In this document: piece by piece, positions 45,687-58,774 of the stretch
Position numbering within the stretch: the first letter of the stretch is position 1
How the letters are laid out: each line of letters opens with the position of its first letter
Assembly: GCF_013315695.1 (NCBI RefSeq)
Contig: NZ_CP054353.1
Strand: one strand, 5' to 3'
Length of the DNA: 64,000 bases
DNA from: Escherichia coli
GTDB lineage: Bacteria; Pseudomonadota; Gammaproteobacteria; Enterobacterales; Enterobacteriaceae
The notes under the pieces: generated by a model
What the model was told of the DNA's origin: nothing
Database searches by the model: none
What the model saw: the letters and a program-made list of their open reading frames with translations, nothing else
Translations under genes and position numbers: made by a program

Positions 45687-45761
45687 TGGCTGGGGTACCT
45701 GGATTCGAACCAGGGAATGCCGGTATCAAAAACCGGTGCCTTACCGCTTGGCGATACCCCA
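45687..45761 (-). tRNA. glnU: tRNA-Gln (UUG)
   Basis: Identical copy of the preceding tRNA-Gln(UUG). Confidence 0.95.
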
Positions 45762-45784
45762 TCCGTACAACGCTTTCTGGTGAA

Positions 45785-45869
45785 TGGTGCGGGAGGCGAG
45801 ACTTGAACTCGCACACCTTGCGGCGCCAGAACCTAAATCTGGTGCGTCTACCAATTTCGCCACTCCCGC
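45785..45869 (-). tRNA. leuW: tRNA-Leu (UAG)
   Basis: 85-nt class II tRNA; reverse complement GCGGGAGTGGCGAAATTGGTAGACGCACCAGATTTAGGTTCTGG...CACCA. Confidence 0.93.
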
Positions 45870-45877
45870 AAAAAAGA

Positions 45878-45954
45878 TGGTGGCTACGACGGGATTCGAA
45901 CCTGTGACCCCATCATTATGAGTGATGTGCTCTAACCAACTGAGCTACGTAGCC
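45878..45954 (-). tRNA. metT: Elongator tRNA-Met (CAU)
   Basis: Identical to the 45486..45562 tRNA-Met; first gene of the minus-strand operon. Confidence 0.95.
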
Positions 45955-45989
45955 ATCTTTTTTTTTCGCGATACCTTATCGGCGTTGCG

Positions 45990-46060
45990 GGGCGCATTAT
46001 GCGTATAGAGCCTTGCAGCGTCAACCTCTTTTTCAAGGAAAATTGCTCGAAAGTGACTGT
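45990..46060 (-). promoter_or_regulatory. Promoter of the metT-leuW-glnUW-metU-glnVX tRNA operon
   Basis: Minus strand: -35 TTGACG (46019..46024), 17-bp spacer, -10 CATAAT (45996..46001), GC-rich discriminator GCGCCCC, and an AT-rich UP-like stretch upstream. Confidence 0.55.
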
Positions 46061-46287
46061 TTGGTTAGGTTGCGAACAGCGTGGCGCTATATTCGTCAAT
46101 TATTGTTTACTTTGTGTTTTTTCCCCACCCTACAGCCATTCTTTTGTCATACAGGATGAAATTCGGAATTCAACAATAGTGGTGGGAAATTAATCTATGA
46201 AATACTGGCCCGTTGCAACAGGACAGGGCAGGGATCGCTACGCCTGCATCTCTGCTACCACTTCAGGCGATTTATTGAGGGAATACT

Positions 46288-46725
46288 ATGCTGCGTTTTA
46301 TGACGGCGCTGATGGGTGCGTTATTACTTATGCAATCTGCGTTTGCCGATACGGTCAAACCGGAAATCGGTAAATATGTTTTTGGCTATCGTGGGCAGGA
46401 AGGCGCTGTGGTGTGGATGATGCGGATAGGGCCGAAAGCCTCTAATGAAGCCCTCATTCAGGTATCGCATGTTGATAATGACATCGATGGCCAGATTTTT
46501 CGCTGTAAAGTGAAAGCATTACAGGAAGGTGAAAAATCCTATACCGCCGTAATTAAGGGCAAATCTTTTGAGTTATTACGCCTGAAAGAGGGGAATGGCA
46601 GCCTGCATATTCCGGATGAGCAGGCGACCTGGTCGGTGGCCTACAGTGATGAGTTGTCAAACAGTGATGTGGCAAACCCGGAACATTTCCTTACTGCATA
46701 TCAGAATCAACAAGCACCTCAATAA
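46288..46725 (+). CDS. Hypothetical secreted protein (145 aa, cleavable signal peptide)
   Basis: ATG at 46288 six nt after SD gaggg; MLRFMTALMGALLLMQSAFA|DTVKPE with AxA cleavage site; E. coli-like codon usage; followed by a terminator hairpin. No family recognised. Confidence 0.6.
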   Translation: MLRFMTALMGALLLMQSAFADTVKPEIGKYVFGYRGQEGAVVWMMRIGPKASNEALIQVSHVDNDIDGQIFRCKVKALQEGEKSYTAVIKGKSFELLRLKEGNGSLHIPDEQATWSVAYSDELSNSDVANPEHFLTAYQNQQAPQ

Positions 46726-46728
46726 CTG

Positions 46729-46758
46729 AAACAGCCCCGGATTTTACCGGGGCTGTTT
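46729..46758. terminator. Bidirectional terminator (145-aa ORF / asnB)
   Basis: cagccccgg-atttta-ccggggctg with T-rich flank. Confidence 0.7.
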
Positions 46759-46766
46759 CGCATTTC

Positions 46767-48431
46767 TTACTTATACGCCGACTGGTGAACACCAACCGCA
46801 CGACCAGATGGATCGTCCATTTTTTTGAACGCTTCATCCCATTCGATCGCTTTAGCGGAAGAACACGCGACGGAAGGACCGCCCGGCACGCACTCAGCGG
46901 CGCTCGGAAGCGGGAACAGTTCTTCAAAGATCTCGCGGTACAGATACGCTTCTTTGGACGTCGGCGTGTTGTACGGGAAGCGGAAGCGGGCAGTTTCCAG
47001 CTGTTGATCAGAAACCTGCTGCGCCGCCACTTCTTTCAGGGTGTCGATCCAACTGTAACCGACGCCATCGGAGAACTGCTCTTTCTGCCGCCAGGCCACG
47101 CTTGCGGGCAGATACGCTTCAAAACATTCACGCAGGATGTGTTTTTCCATTTTGCCGTTACCGCACATTTTATCCTGTGGGTTAATGCGCATTGCCACGT
47201 CGAGGAATTTTTTGTCGAGGAACGGAACGCGTGCTTCCACGCCCCAGGCTGACATCGCTTTGTTGGCACGCGCGCAGTCATACATATGCAGGGCCAGCAG
47301 TTTACGCACCGTCTCTTCATGCAACTCTTTAGCGTTCGGCGCTTTGTGGAAGTAAAGATAACCGCCAAACACTTCATCAGAACCCTCACCGGACAGCACC
47401 ATTTTAATGCCCATCGCCTTGATCTTACGCGACATTAAATACATCGGTGTTGAAGCGCGAATAGTGGTCACATCATAAGTTTCGATGTGGTAAATCACGT
47501 CGCGGATGGCATCCAGACCTTCCTGTACAGTGAAGTGAATTTCGTGATGCACCGTGCCCAGATGGTTTGCCACTTCCTGGGCTGCTTTCAGATCCGGTGA
47601 ACCCGGCAGACCTACAGCAAAGGAGTGTAATTGTGGCCACCAGGCTTCAGAGCGTTCCTGATCTTCCACGCGACGGGCGGCGTATTTCTTGGTGATCGCG
47701 GAAATAATTGAGGAATCCAGACCACCGGAAAGCAGCACACCGTAAGGCACATCAGACATCAGATGGCTTTTAACGGAATCTTCCAGTGCCTGACGCAGCT
47801 CGTTTTTGTCGGTTACGTTATCTTTCACCGCATCGTAGTCGAACCAGTCGCGATGATAATAAGAACGGATTTCGCCGTCCTGGCTCCACAAATAGCTCCC
47901 CGCCGGGAACTCTTTAATCGTGCGGCAAACTGGCACCAGGGCTTTCATTTCTGAGGCCACATACAGCTGACCATGTTCGTCATAGCCCATATACAGTGGG
48001 ATGATCCCCAGATGGTCGCGACCAATCAGGTAGGCATCTTTTTCGCTGTCGTACAGGGCAAAGGCAAACATGCCCTGCAAGTCGTCAAGAAATTCCGGCC
48101 CTTTTTCCTGATACAGCGCGAGGATCACTTCGCAGTCAGATCCGGTCTGGAACTGATAACGATCGCCATATTCGGCGCGCAGTGCCTGGTGGTTGTAGAT
48201 TTCACCGTTTACTGCCAGCACATGAGTTTTTTGTTGGTTGTAGAGAGGTTGCGCCCCCGCGTTAACGTCAACAATTGACAGACGTTCGTGGGCGAGAATG
48301 GCGTTATCGCTGGCATAAATACCGGACCAGTCCGGGCCACGATGACGCATCAGGCGTGACAGCTCGAGTGCTTTCTTACGCAGCTCAACTGCGTCTGTTT
48401 TGATATCGAATACGCCAAAAATTGAACACAT
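46767..48431 (-). CDS. asnB: Asparagine synthetase B (glutamine-hydrolysing)
   Basis: ORF 46767..48512; ATG at 48429..48431 gives MCSIFGVFDIKTD (Ntn Cys2), 554 aa. Confidence 0.95.
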   Translation of the reverse strand: MCSIFGVFDIKTDAVELRKKALELSRLMRHRGPDWSGIYASDNAILAHERLSIVDVNAGAQPLYNQQKTHVLAVNGEIYNHQALRAEYGDRYQFQTGSDCEVILALYQEKGPEFLDDLQGMFAFALYDSEKDAYLIGRDHLGIIPLYMGYDEHGQLYVASEMKALVPVCRTIKEFPAGSYLWSQDGEIRSYYHRDWFDYDAVKDNVTDKNELRQALEDSVKSHLMSDVPYGVLLSGGLDSSIISAITKKYAARRVEDQERSEAWWPQLHSFAVGLPGSPDLKAAQEVANHLGTVHHEIHFTVQEGLDAIRDVIYHIETYDVTTIRASTPMYLMSRKIKAMGIKMVLSGEGSDEVFGGYLYFHKAPNAKELHEETVRKLLALHMYDCARANKAMSAWGVEARVPFLDKKFLDVAMRINPQDKMCGNGKMEKHILRECFEAYLPASVAWRQKEQFSDGVGYSWIDTLKEVAAQQVSDQQLETARFRFPYNTPTSKEAYLYREIFEELFPLPSAAECVPGGPSVACSSAKAIEWDEAFKKMDDPSGRAVGVHQSAYK

Positions 48432-48650
48432 AACCTTCTCCGTTAACCTGGTATTTGTTGCTTGTTGTGTTTGCTTGTTTAAAAAAATGCCGCAAAGCAG
48501 CACCGTGCGCAAGCTATTTGGCAGTGGAAAAATAAAAAACGTAATGGCGATTGCTGATTTGTGAAAAAGGGGAGGGTGTGGTGACGTATTTATTGATGGA
48601 TCGATAATTTTTGGCTGGTTTTATTGAATAGGATGATTTTAATGATGGCT

Positions 48651-48682
48651 AAAAATAAGAAACCACGCCCTGAGGCGTGGTT
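48651..48682 (-). terminator. Rho-independent terminator downstream of nagD
   Basis: Minus strand: aaccacgcc-tcag-ggcgtggtt followed by TCTTATTTTT. Confidence 0.7.
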
Positions 48683-48687
48683 GCTAT

Positions 48688-49440
48688 TCAGATAACGTCG
48701 ATTTCAGCGACAGACGGGTAAATCCAGCTTGGGCGGAACGGCATACTGTCGATATCGTCGAGCGATGAAATATCAGAAAGCACCAGAATCGTCTCCAGAC
48801 CCGCCTGGAAGCCCGCCAGAATATCGGTACGCAGGTTATCGCCGACAATCACCGTTTCTTCCGAATGCGCCTGCATTTTGTTTAATGCCGCGCGGATGAT
48901 CCACGGACTCGGTTTACCAACATAGAACGGTTTACGCCCGGAGATTTTTTCGATCCCTGCACACAACGCGCCACAGGCCGGATAAAAACCGCGCCCGTGG
49001 GTGTCCGGGTTGGTGGCGATAAAGCGTGCGCCGTTAGCGACGAAATAGGCTGCTTTATGCATCATGTCCCAGTTGTAGGAACGCGTTTCACCAACAATCA
49101 CGAAATCAGGGTTCACATCGGTAATAGTGAAACCGGCTTTGTACAGTTCATGAATCAGTGCGCCTTCGCCCACCACATACGCTTTCTTGCCTTCCTGGCG
49201 ACGCAGGAAATCGGCGGTCGCCATTGCAGAGGTATAAAACACGCTGTCAGGTACATCGACACCGGCAGTGGCAAAGCGGTTCGCCAGATCTTGCCCGGTC
49301 TGCGAAGGATAGTTGGTCAGCAACACCAGCGGCAGGCCTTTATCCATAATCCCGTGCAAAAATTCCGCTGCACCCGGTACGGCGACGTTATCGTGCATCA
49401 GCACGCCGTCGATATCGCAAATTACATTTTTAATGGTCAT
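48688..49440 (-). CDS. nagD: UMP phosphatase (HAD superfamily)
   Basis: 250-aa ORF with HAD motif I (CDIDGVL). Confidence 0.9.
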   Translation of the reverse strand: MTIKNVICDIDGVLMHDNVAVPGAAEFLHGIMDKGLPLVLLTNYPSQTGQDLANRFATAGVDVPDSVFYTSAMATADFLRRQEGKKAYVVGEGALIHELYKAGFTITDVNPDFVIVGETRSYNWDMMHKAAYFVANGARFIATNPDTHGRGFYPACGALCAGIEKISGRKPFYVGKPSPWIIRAALNKMQAHSEETVIVGDNLRTDILAGFQAGLETILVLSDISSLDDIDSMPFRPSWIYPSVAEIDVI

Positions 49441-49487
49441 GGACTACCCAGAATATTGACAACAATAAGCGCCACTATAAAAGCACA

Positions 49488-50708
49488 TTAATTTTCCAGC
49501 AAATGCTGGAGCAAAATACCGTTGAGCATGGCGCGTTTTACCAGCGCAAAAGCGCCGATTGCCGAGCGGTGATCCAGCTCAGAACGTACCACCGGCAGAT
49601 TAGTGCGAAACGCCTTCAGCGCCTGGGTATTAATGCAGCTTTCAATAGCAGGGAGCAGCACTTTATCGGCTTCGGTGATTTCACCAGCAATAACAATTTT
49701 TTGCGGGTTAAATAAGTTGATAGCAATGGCGATGGTTTTACCCAGATGACGACCGACATACTCAATCACTTCCGAGGCCAGGCTATCGCCTTTGTTCGCG
49801 GCTTTGCAGATAGTTTTGATGGTGCAGTCGTCCAGTGGCACACGGCTCTGGTAGCCCTGCTTTAACAGATTCAACACCCGTTGTTCAATGGCAGCGTTGG
49901 CGGCGATAGTTTCCAGGCAGCCAAAGTTGCCACAGTGGCAGCGTTCACCCAGCGGTTCGACCTGAATATGGCCAATTTCACCGACGTTGCCGTTGCGCCC
50001 GATAAAAATTCGCCCGTTAGAGATAATCCCGGCCCCGGTTCCGCGATGGACACGCACCAGAATGGAGTCTTCGCAATCCTGACTTGCACCGAAGTAGTGC
50101 TCTGCCAGCGCCAGACTGCGGATATCGTGGCCGACAAAACAGGTCACTTTAAAACGTTCTTCCAGTGCTTCTACCAGCCCCCAGTTTTCTACCTGAATAT
50201 GCGGCATGTAATGAATTTTGCCGCTGTCCGGGTCAACAAGTCCTGGCAGGATCACGGAAATGGCGATCAGCTCGCGCAGTTTGCGCTGGTAGCTATCAAT
50301 AAACTGAGCAATGGCGTTAAGCAGGGCATGTTCCAGCGTCTGCTGGGTACGTTCCGGCAGCGGGTAATGTTCTTCTGCCAGCACTTTGCTACTAAGATCA
50401 AACAGAGTGATGGTGGCGTCGTGACGACCAAGCCGTACGCCGATTGCGTGGAAATTGCGGGTTTCGGTGACGATAGAGATAGCGCGGCGGCCCCCGGTGG
50501 AGGCCTGCTGATCAACTTCTTTGATCAGCCCGCGTTCGATAAGCTGACGCGTAATTTTGGTTACGCTGGCGGGGGCAAGCTGACTTTGCTCGGCAATCTG
50601 AATCCGCGAGATTGGCCCGTACTGGTCAATCAGGCGATAAACCGCCGCGCTGTTAAGCTGTTTTACGAGATCAACATTACCTATCTGAGCTTGTCCGCCT
50701 GGTGTCAT
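49488..50708 (-). CDS. nagC: N-acetylglucosamine repressor NagC (ROK family)
   Basis: 406-aa ORF with N-terminal HTH and ROK sugar-kinase fold. Confidence 0.95.
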   Translation of the reverse strand: MTPGGQAQIGNVDLVKQLNSAAVYRLIDQYGPISRIQIAEQSQLAPASVTKITRQLIERGLIKEVDQQASTGGRRAISIVTETRNFHAIGVRLGRHDATITLFDLSSKVLAEEHYPLPERTQQTLEHALLNAIAQFIDSYQRKLRELIAISVILPGLVDPDSGKIHYMPHIQVENWGLVEALEERFKVTCFVGHDIRSLALAEHYFGASQDCEDSILVRVHRGTGAGIISNGRIFIGRNGNVGEIGHIQVEPLGERCHCGNFGCLETIAANAAIEQRVLNLLKQGYQSRVPLDDCTIKTICKAANKGDSLASEVIEYVGRHLGKTIAIAINLFNPQKIVIAGEITEADKVLLPAIESCINTQALKAFRTNLPVVRSELDHRSAIGAFALVKRAMLNGILLQHLLEN

Positions 50709-50716
50709 ACTTTCTC

Positions 50717-52725
<2,009 letters not shown>

Positions 52726-53057
52726 TATTCACCTCAATAAGTAAAATGTAAGCCGTTGGCGGATTAGGCATCTTTAAGCGTAACCTGGATTTGCGCAGAC
52801 AGGCGTCAATCCGACCTGATTTTTTGAATGATAAAATAAGTTTTCTGCTTTAGCCAGTAAAAGGGAGTTGTGATAACGATATTTGGTGACAAAACTCACA
52901 AAAGACACGCGTTTAATTTGCGATACGAATTAAATTTTCACACACTCTGTAGCAGATGATCTAACAATCTGATTACAGAACATCGGCAGTACAATTTGCA
53001 GCAAAATAAAAATACGGCTTTAAACGAGCCAAATAGGGTTCTCGTAGGGGGAATAAG
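52726..53057. promoter_or_regulatory. Divergent nagB / nagE control region with NagC-operator-like palindrome
   Basis: 332-bp spacer between divergent nagB and nagE; palindrome TTAATTTGCGATACGAATTAAATT at 52913..52936 and CRP-like TGTGA/TCACA half-sites near 52870..52900. Confidence 0.55.
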
Positions 53058-55004
53058 ATGAATATTTTAGGTTTTTTCCAGCGACTCGGTAGGGCGTTAC
53101 AGCTCCCTATCGCGGTGCTGCCGGTGGCGGCGCTGTTGCTGCGATTCGGTCAGCCAGATTTACTTAACGTTGCGTTTATTGCCCAGGCGGGCGGTGCGAT
53201 TTTTGATAACCTCGCATTAATCTTCGCCATCGGTGTGGCATCCAGCTGGTCGAAAGACAGCGCAGGTGCGGCGGCGCTGGCGGGTGCGGTAGGTTACTTT
53301 GTGTTAACCAAAGCGATGGTGACCATCAACCCAGAAATTAACATGGGTGTACTGGCGGGTATCATTACCGGTCTGGTTGGTGGCGCAGTTTATAACCGTT
53401 GGTCCGATATTAAACTGCCGGACTTCCTGAGTTTCTTCGGCGGCAAACGCTTTGTGCCGATTGCCACCGGCTTCTTCTGCCTGGTGCTGGCGGCCATTTT
53501 TGGTTACGTCTGGCCGCCGGTACAGCACGCTATCCATGCAGGCGGCGAGTGGATCGTTTCTGCGGGCGCGCTGGGTTCCGGTATCTTTGGTTTCATCAAC
53601 CGTCTGCTGATCCCAACCGGTCTGCATCAGGTATTGAACACCATCGCCTGGTTCCAGATTGGTGAATTCACCAACGCGGCGGGTACAGTTTTCCACGGTG
53701 ATATCAACCGCTTCTATGCCGGTGACGGCACCGCGGGGATGTTCATGTCCGGCTTCTTCCCGATCATGATGTTCGGTCTGCCAGGTGCGGCGCTGGCGAT
53801 GTACTTCGCAGCACCGAAAGAGCGCCGTCCGATGGTTGGCGGGATGTTGCTTTCTGTTGCTGTTACTGCGTTCCTGACCGGTGTGACTGAGCCGCTGGAA
53901 TTCCTGTTCATGTTCCTTGCACCGCTGCTGTACCTCCTGCACGCACTGCTGACCGGTATCAGCCTGTTTGTGGCAACGTTGCTGGGTATCCATGCCGGCT
54001 TCTCTTTCTCTGCGGGGGCTATCGACTACGCGTTGATGTATAACCTGCCGGCCGCCAGCCAGAACGTCTGGATGCTGCTGGTGATGGGGGTTGTCTTCTT
54101 CGCTATCTACTTCGTGGTGTTCAGTTTGGTTATCCGCATGTTCAACCTGAAAACGCCGGGTCGTGAAGATAAAGAAGACGAGATCGTTACTGAAGAGGCT
54201 AACAGCAATACTGAAGAAGGTCTCAATCAACTGGCAACCAACTATATTGCTGCGGTTGGCGGCACTGACAACCTGAAAGCAATTGACGCCTGTATCACCC
54301 GTCTGCGCCTTACAGTGGCTGACTCTGCCCGCGTTAACGATGCGATGTGTAAACGGCTGGGGGCTTCTGGGGTAGTGAAACTGAACAAACAGACTATTCA
54401 GGTGATTGTTGGCGCGAAAGCAGAATCCATCGGCGATGCGATGAAGAAAGTCGTTGCCCGCGGTCCGGTAGCCGCTGCCTCTGCTGAAACTGCTCCGGCA
54501 ACTGCCGCGCCTGTAGCAAAACCGCAGGCTGTACCAAACGCGGTGTCTATCGCGGAGCTGGTATCGCCGATTACCGGTGATGTTGTGGCACTGGATCAGG
54601 TTCCTGACGAAGCATTCGCCAGCAAAGCGGTGGGTGACGGTGTGGCGGTGAAACCGACAGATAAAATCGTCGTATCACCAGCCGCAGGGACTATCGTGAA
54701 AATCTTCAACACCAACCACGCATTCTGCCTGGAAACTGAAAAAGGCGCGGAGATTGTCGTCCATATGGGTATCGACACCGTAGCGCTGGAAGGTAAAGGC
54801 TTTAAACGTCTGGTGGAAGAGGGCGCGCAAGTAAGCGCAGGGCAACCGATTCTGGAAATGGATCTGGATTATCTGAACGAAAACGCCCGCTCGATGATTA
54901 GCCCGGTGGTTTGCAGCAATATCGACGATTTCAGCGGCTTGATCATTAAAGCTCAGGGCCATGTCGTGGCGGGTCAAACGCCGCTGTATGAAATCAAAAA
55001 GTAA
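53058..55004 (+). CDS. nagE: PTS N-acetylglucosamine-specific EIICBA
   Basis: 648-aa ORF with N-terminal EIIC membrane domain, EIIB Cys (ITRLR context) and C-terminal EIIA. Confidence 0.95.
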   Translation: MNILGFFQRLGRALQLPIAVLPVAALLLRFGQPDLLNVAFIAQAGGAIFDNLALIFAIGVASSWSKDSAGAAALAGAVGYFVLTKAMVTINPEINMGVLAGIITGLVGGAVYNRWSDIKLPDFLSFFGGKRFVPIATGFFCLVLAAIFGYVWPPVQHAIHAGGEWIVSAGALGSGIFGFINRLLIPTGLHQVLNTIAWFQIGEFTNAAGTVFHGDINRFYAGDGTAGMFMSGFFPIMMFGLPGAALAMYFAAPKERRPMVGGMLLSVAVTAFLTGVTEPLEFLFMFLAPLLYLLHALLTGISLFVATLLGIHAGFSFSAGAIDYALMYNLPAASQNVWMLLVMGVVFFAIYFVVFSLVIRMFNLKTPGREDKEDEIVTEEANSNTEEGLNQLATNYIAAVGGTDNLKAIDACITRLRLTVADSARVNDAMCKRLGASGVVKLNKQTIQVIVGAKAESIGDAMKKVVARGPVAAASAETAPATAAPVAKPQAVPNAVSIAELVSPITGDVVALDQVPDEAFASKAVGDGVAVKPTDKIVVSPAAGTIVKIFNTNHAFCLETEKGAEIVVHMGIDTVALEGKGFKRLVEEGAQVSAGQPILEMDLDYLNENARSMISPVVCSNIDDFSGLIIKAQGHVVAGQTPLYEIKK

Positions 55005-55054
55005 TCTTCTTTATGCCTGATGCGACGCTTGAGCGTCGCATCCAACAATGACAA

Positions 55055-55086
55055 GCGGTGGAGATCTTCTCTGCCGCTTTTTTTTT
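55055..55086 (+). terminator. Rho-independent terminator downstream of nagE
   Basis: gcggtggagatcttctctgccgc hairpin followed by T9; preceded by a REP-like palindrome at 55012..55041. Confidence 0.7.
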
Positions 55087-55206
55087 CATCAATCATCCCC
55101 ATAATCTCAGTGAGATTTTCGATTTTCACTAACTAACAGTTGTCAGCCTGTCCCGCTTATAAGATCATACGCCGTTATACGTTGTTTACGCTTTGAGGAA
55201 TCCACG

Positions 55207-56871
55207 ATGAGTGAGGCAGAAGCCCGCCCGACTAACTTTATTCGTCAGATCATCGATGAAGATCTGGCCAGTGGTAAGCACACCACAGTACACACCCGTT
55301 TCCCGCCGGAGCCGAATGGCTATCTGCATATTGGCCATGCGAAATCTATCTGCCTGAACTTCGGGATCGCCCAGGACTATAAAGGCCAGTGCAACCTGCG
55401 TTTCGACGACACTAACCCGGTAAAAGAAGATATCGAGTATGTTGAGTCGATCAAAAACGACGTTGAGTGGTTAGGTTTTCACTGGTCTGGTAACGTCCGT
55501 TACTCCTCCGATTATTTTGATCAGCTCCACGCCTATGCGATCGAACTGATCAATAAAGGCCTGGCGTACGTTGATGAACTGACACCGGAACAGATCCGCG
55601 AATACCGCGGCACCCTGACGCAGCCGGGTAAAAACAGCCCGTACCGCGATCGCAGCGTTGAAGAGAACCTGGCGCTGTTCGAGAAAATGCGTACCGGTGG
55701 TTTTGAAGAAGGTAAAGCCTGCCTGCGTGCGAAAATCGACATGGCGTCGCCATTTATCGTAATGCGCGATCCGGTGCTGTACCGCATTAAATTTGCTGAA
55801 CACCACCAGACTGGCAACAAGTGGTGCATCTACCCGATGTACGACTTCACCCACTGCATCAGCGATGCGCTGGAAGGTATTACGCACTCTCTGTGTACGC
55901 TGGAGTTCCAGGATAACCGTCGTCTGTATGACTGGGTACTGGACAATATCACCATTCCTGTTCACCCGCGCCAGTACGAATTCTCGCGCCTGAATCTGGA
56001 ATACACCGTGATGTCCAAGCGTAAGCTGAACCTGCTGGTGACCGACAAGCACGTTGAAGGCTGGGATGACCCGCGTATGCCGACCATTTCCGGTCTGCGT
56101 CGTCGTGGTTACACTGCGGCTTCTATTCGTGAGTTCTGCAAACGCATCGGCGTGACCAAGCAGGACAACACCATTGAGATGGCGTCGCTGGAATCCTGCA
56201 TCCGTGAAGATCTCAACGAAAACGCCCCGCGCGCAATGGCGGTTATCGATCCGGTGAAACTGGTTATCGAAAACTACCAGGGCGAAGGCGAAATGGTTAC
56301 CATGCCGAACCATCCGAATAAACCGGAAATGGGCAGCCGTCAGGTGCCATTTAGCGGTGAGATTTGGATCGATCGCGCCGATTTCCGCGAAGAAGCTAAC
56401 AAGCAGTACAAACGTCTGGTGCTGGGTAAAGAAGTGCGTCTGCGTAATGCTTACGTCATTAAGGCAGAACGCGTGGAGAAAGATGCCGAAGGCAATATCA
56501 CCACCATCTTCTGTACTTATGACGCCGACACCTTAAGCAAAGATCCGGCAGATGGTCGTAAAGTGAAAGGTGTTATCCACTGGGTGAGCGCGGCACATGC
56601 GCTGCCGGTTGAAATCCGTTTGTATGACCGTCTGTTCAGCGTGCCGAACCCTGGTGCTGCGGATGATTTCCTGTCGGTGATTAACCCGGAATCGCTGGTG
56701 ATCAAACAGGGCTTTGCTGAACCGTCTCTGAAAGACGCGGTAGCGGGTAAAGCATTCCAGTTTGAGCGTGAAGGTTATTTCTGCCTCGACAGCCGCCATT
56801 CTACGGCGGAAAAACCGGTATTTAACCGCACCGTTGGGCTGCGTGATACCTGGGCGAAAGTTGGCGAGTAA
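55207..56871 (+). CDS. glnS: Glutaminyl-tRNA synthetase
   Basis: 554-aa [27 protein letters not shown] with HIGH and VMSKR (KMSKS-type) motifs. Confidence 0.95.
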   Translation: MSEAEARPTNFIRQIIDEDLASGKHTTVHTRFPPEPNGYLHIGHAKSICLNFGIAQDYKGQCNLRFDDTNPVKEDIEYVESIKNDVEWLGFHWSGNVRYSSDYFDQLHAYAIELINKGLAYVDELTPEQIREYRGTLTQPGKNSPYRDRSVEENLALFEKMRTGGFEEGKACLRAKIDMASPFIVMRDPVLYRIKFAEHHQTGNKWCIYPMYDFTHCISDALEGITHSLCTLEFQDNRRLYDWVLDNITIPVHPRQYEFSRLNLEYTVMSKRKLNLLVTDKHVEGWDDPRMPTISGLRRRGYTAASIREFCKRIGVTKQDNTIEMASLESCIREDLNENAPRAMAVIDPVKLVIENYQGEGEMVTMPNHPNKPEMGSRQVPFSGEIWIDRADFREEANKQYKRLVLGKEVRLRNAYVIKAERVEKDAEGNITTIFCTYDADTLSKDPADGRKVKGVIHWVSAAHALPVEIRLYDRLFSVPNPGAADDFLSVINPESLVIKQGFAEPSLKDAVAGKAFQFEREGYFCLDSRHSTAEKPVFNRTVGLRDTWAKVGE

Positions 56872-56885
56872 TTTTAAGTTCTACC

Positions 56886-56920
56886 AGGCCGGGTGAAGCG
56901 TTTACGCCGCATCCGGTAAG
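56886..56920. repeat. REP element
   Basis: Reverse complement CTTACCGGATGCGGCGTAAACGCTTCACCCGGCC matches the REP consensus. Confidence 0.55.
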
Positions 56921-56939
56921 AAATATGCAAACAATCCCA

Positions 56940-56967
56940 AACGCCGCGCTCTGCGGCGTTTTTTTCT
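56940..56967 (+). terminator. Rho-independent terminator downstream of glnS
   Basis: aacgccgc-gctct-gcggcgtt followed by T7. Confidence 0.8.
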
Positions 56968-57318
56968 GCTTTTCTTCGCGAATTAATTCCGCTTCGCAAT
57001 TTATCCAGAAAACAAATTTAAAATCACAAACCATAATTAAGTAAAATGTAACCGTTTTCATCTTGCTGGAAATTCACGCTTTTATTCTTCTGCAAGCCTT
57101 TCAACTACAACTTAAGCCTTGTAACAAAAATCATCAAAATATGTGCGGTTGCTCATGTTCTTACATTCTGGTTACAGAAAGAGATTGATAATTCGCGTCG
57201 CGAAAAATAGTCTGTTCCTGTAGTCAGCGAGACTTTTCTCAACGCTACTTTTTTAATTTTTATTTTTTTCGCTGTTCACCTTTGGTGCAGCAATTTATAC
57301 GTCAAAGAGGATTAACCC

Positions 57319-58725
57319 ATGCGTGCGTTTAGTGGCAAACGTAGTACGCTGGCGCTGGCTATCGCCGGTGTTACAGCTATGTCGGGCTTTATGGCAATTC
57401 CGGAGGCTCGCGCCGAAGGATTCATCGACGATTCAATCTTAACCGGCGGTATCTATTACTGGCAGCGTGAACGCGACCGTAAAGATGTTACCGACGGCGA
57501 TAAATACAAAACCAACCTTTCTCACTCCACCTGGAACGCCAACCTCGATTTTCAGTCTGGTTATGCTGCTGATATGTTCGGCCTTGATATTGCCGCGTTT
57601 ACGGCGATTGAAATGGCGGAAAACGGCGACAGCTCTCACCCGAACGAAATCGCGTTTTCAAAAAGTAATAAAGCCTATGACGAAGACTGGTCCGGCGATA
57701 AAAGCGGTATAAGCCTGTATAAAGCAGCGGCCAAATTTAAATACGGTCCGGTTTGGGCGAGGGCAGGTTATATTCAGCCAACCGGTCAGACGCTGTTAGC
57801 GCCACACTGGAGCTTTATGCCGGGTACTTATCAGGGGGCGGAAGCCGGGGCGAATTTTGATTACGGCGATGCTGGTGCGTTGAGTTTCTCCTACATGTGG
57901 ACCAACGAATACAAAGCACCGTGGCATCTGGAAATGGATGAGTTTTATCAGAACGATAAAACCACCAAAGTTGATTATCTACACTCCCTTGGGGCGAAGT
58001 ACGACTTCAAAAATAACTTCGTACTGGAAGCGGCGTTTGGTCAGGCCGAAGGGTATATCGATCAATATTTTGCCAAAGCCAGCTACAAATTTGATATCGC
58101 CGGTAGCCCGTTAACCACCAGCTACCAGTTCTATGGTACGCGCGATAAAGTTGACGATCGCAGCGTCAACGATCTTTATGACGGCACCGCTTGGCTGCAG
58201 GCGTTGACCTTTGGTTACCGGGCGGCTGACGTAGTGGATTTGCGCCTCGAAGGTACCTGGGTTAAGGCTGACGGTCAGCAGGGATACTTCCTGCAACGTA
58301 TGACTCCAACCTACGCTTCCTCCAACGGCCGCCTGGATATCTGGTGGGATAACCGTTCCGACTTCAACGCTAACGGCGAAAAAGCGGTCTTCTTCGGTGC
58401 GATGTATGACCTGAAAAACTGGAATCTTCCAGGCTTCGCCATCGGCGCTTCCTACGTTTACGCATGGGATGCTAAACCTGCGACCTGGCAGAGCAATCCG
58501 GATGCGTACTACGACAAAAACCAGACTATTGAAGAGTCTGCCTACAGCCTGGATGCGGTCTACACCATTCAGGACGGTCGCGCCAAAGGCACGATGTTCA
58601 AACTGCACTTCACCGAATACGACAACCACTCCGACATCCCAAGCTGGGGCGGTGGTTACGGCAACATCTTCCAGGATGAGCGTGACGTGAAATTTATGGT
58701 AATCGCACCATTCACCATCTTCTGA
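57319..58725 (+). CDS. chiP: Chitooligosaccharide porin ChiP
   Basis: 468-aa ORF with signal peptide and C-terminal Phe (PFTIF), as expected for an outer-membrane beta-barrel. Confidence 0.9.
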   Translation: MRAFSGKRSTLALAIAGVTAMSGFMAIPEARAEGFIDDSILTGGIYYWQRERDRKDVTDGDKYKTNLSHSTWNANLDFQSGYAADMFGLDIAAFTAIEMAENGDSSHPNEIAFSKSNKAYDEDWSGDKSGISLYKAAAKFKYGPVWARAGYIQPTGQTLLAPHWSFMPGTYQGAEAGANFDYGDAGALSFSYMWTNEYKAPWHLEMDEFYQNDKTTKVDYLHSLGAKYDFKNNFVLEAAFGQAEGYIDQYFAKASYKFDIAGSPLTTSYQFYGTRDKVDDRSVNDLYDGTAWLQALTFGYRAADVVDLRLEGTWVKADGQQGYFLQRMTPTYASSNGRLDIWWDNRSDFNANGEKAVFFGAMYDLKNWNLPGFAIGASYVYAWDAKPATWQSNPDAYYDKNQTIEESAYSLDAVYTIQDGRAKGTMFKLHFTEYDNHSDIPSWGGGYGNIFQDERDVKFMVIAPFTIF

Positions 58726-58774
58726 TGCCCGACGCGGCAGGTTTTGTGCCTGCCGCACGTTTGAGGAATTTGCT

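Noticed and set aside
45059..45907. Small ORFs of 60-156 aa overlapping the tRNA cluster on both strands
   Set aside because: They are read through tRNA genes and intergenic spacers; the repeated peptide motifs simply reflect the duplicated tRNA-Gln sequences.
55012..55041. Palindrome cctgatgcgacgcttgagcgtcgcatc after nagE as a separate terminator
   Set aside because: It lacks a U-tract and resembles a degenerate REP unit; the functional nagE terminator is more likely the downstream hairpin plus T9 at 55055..55086.
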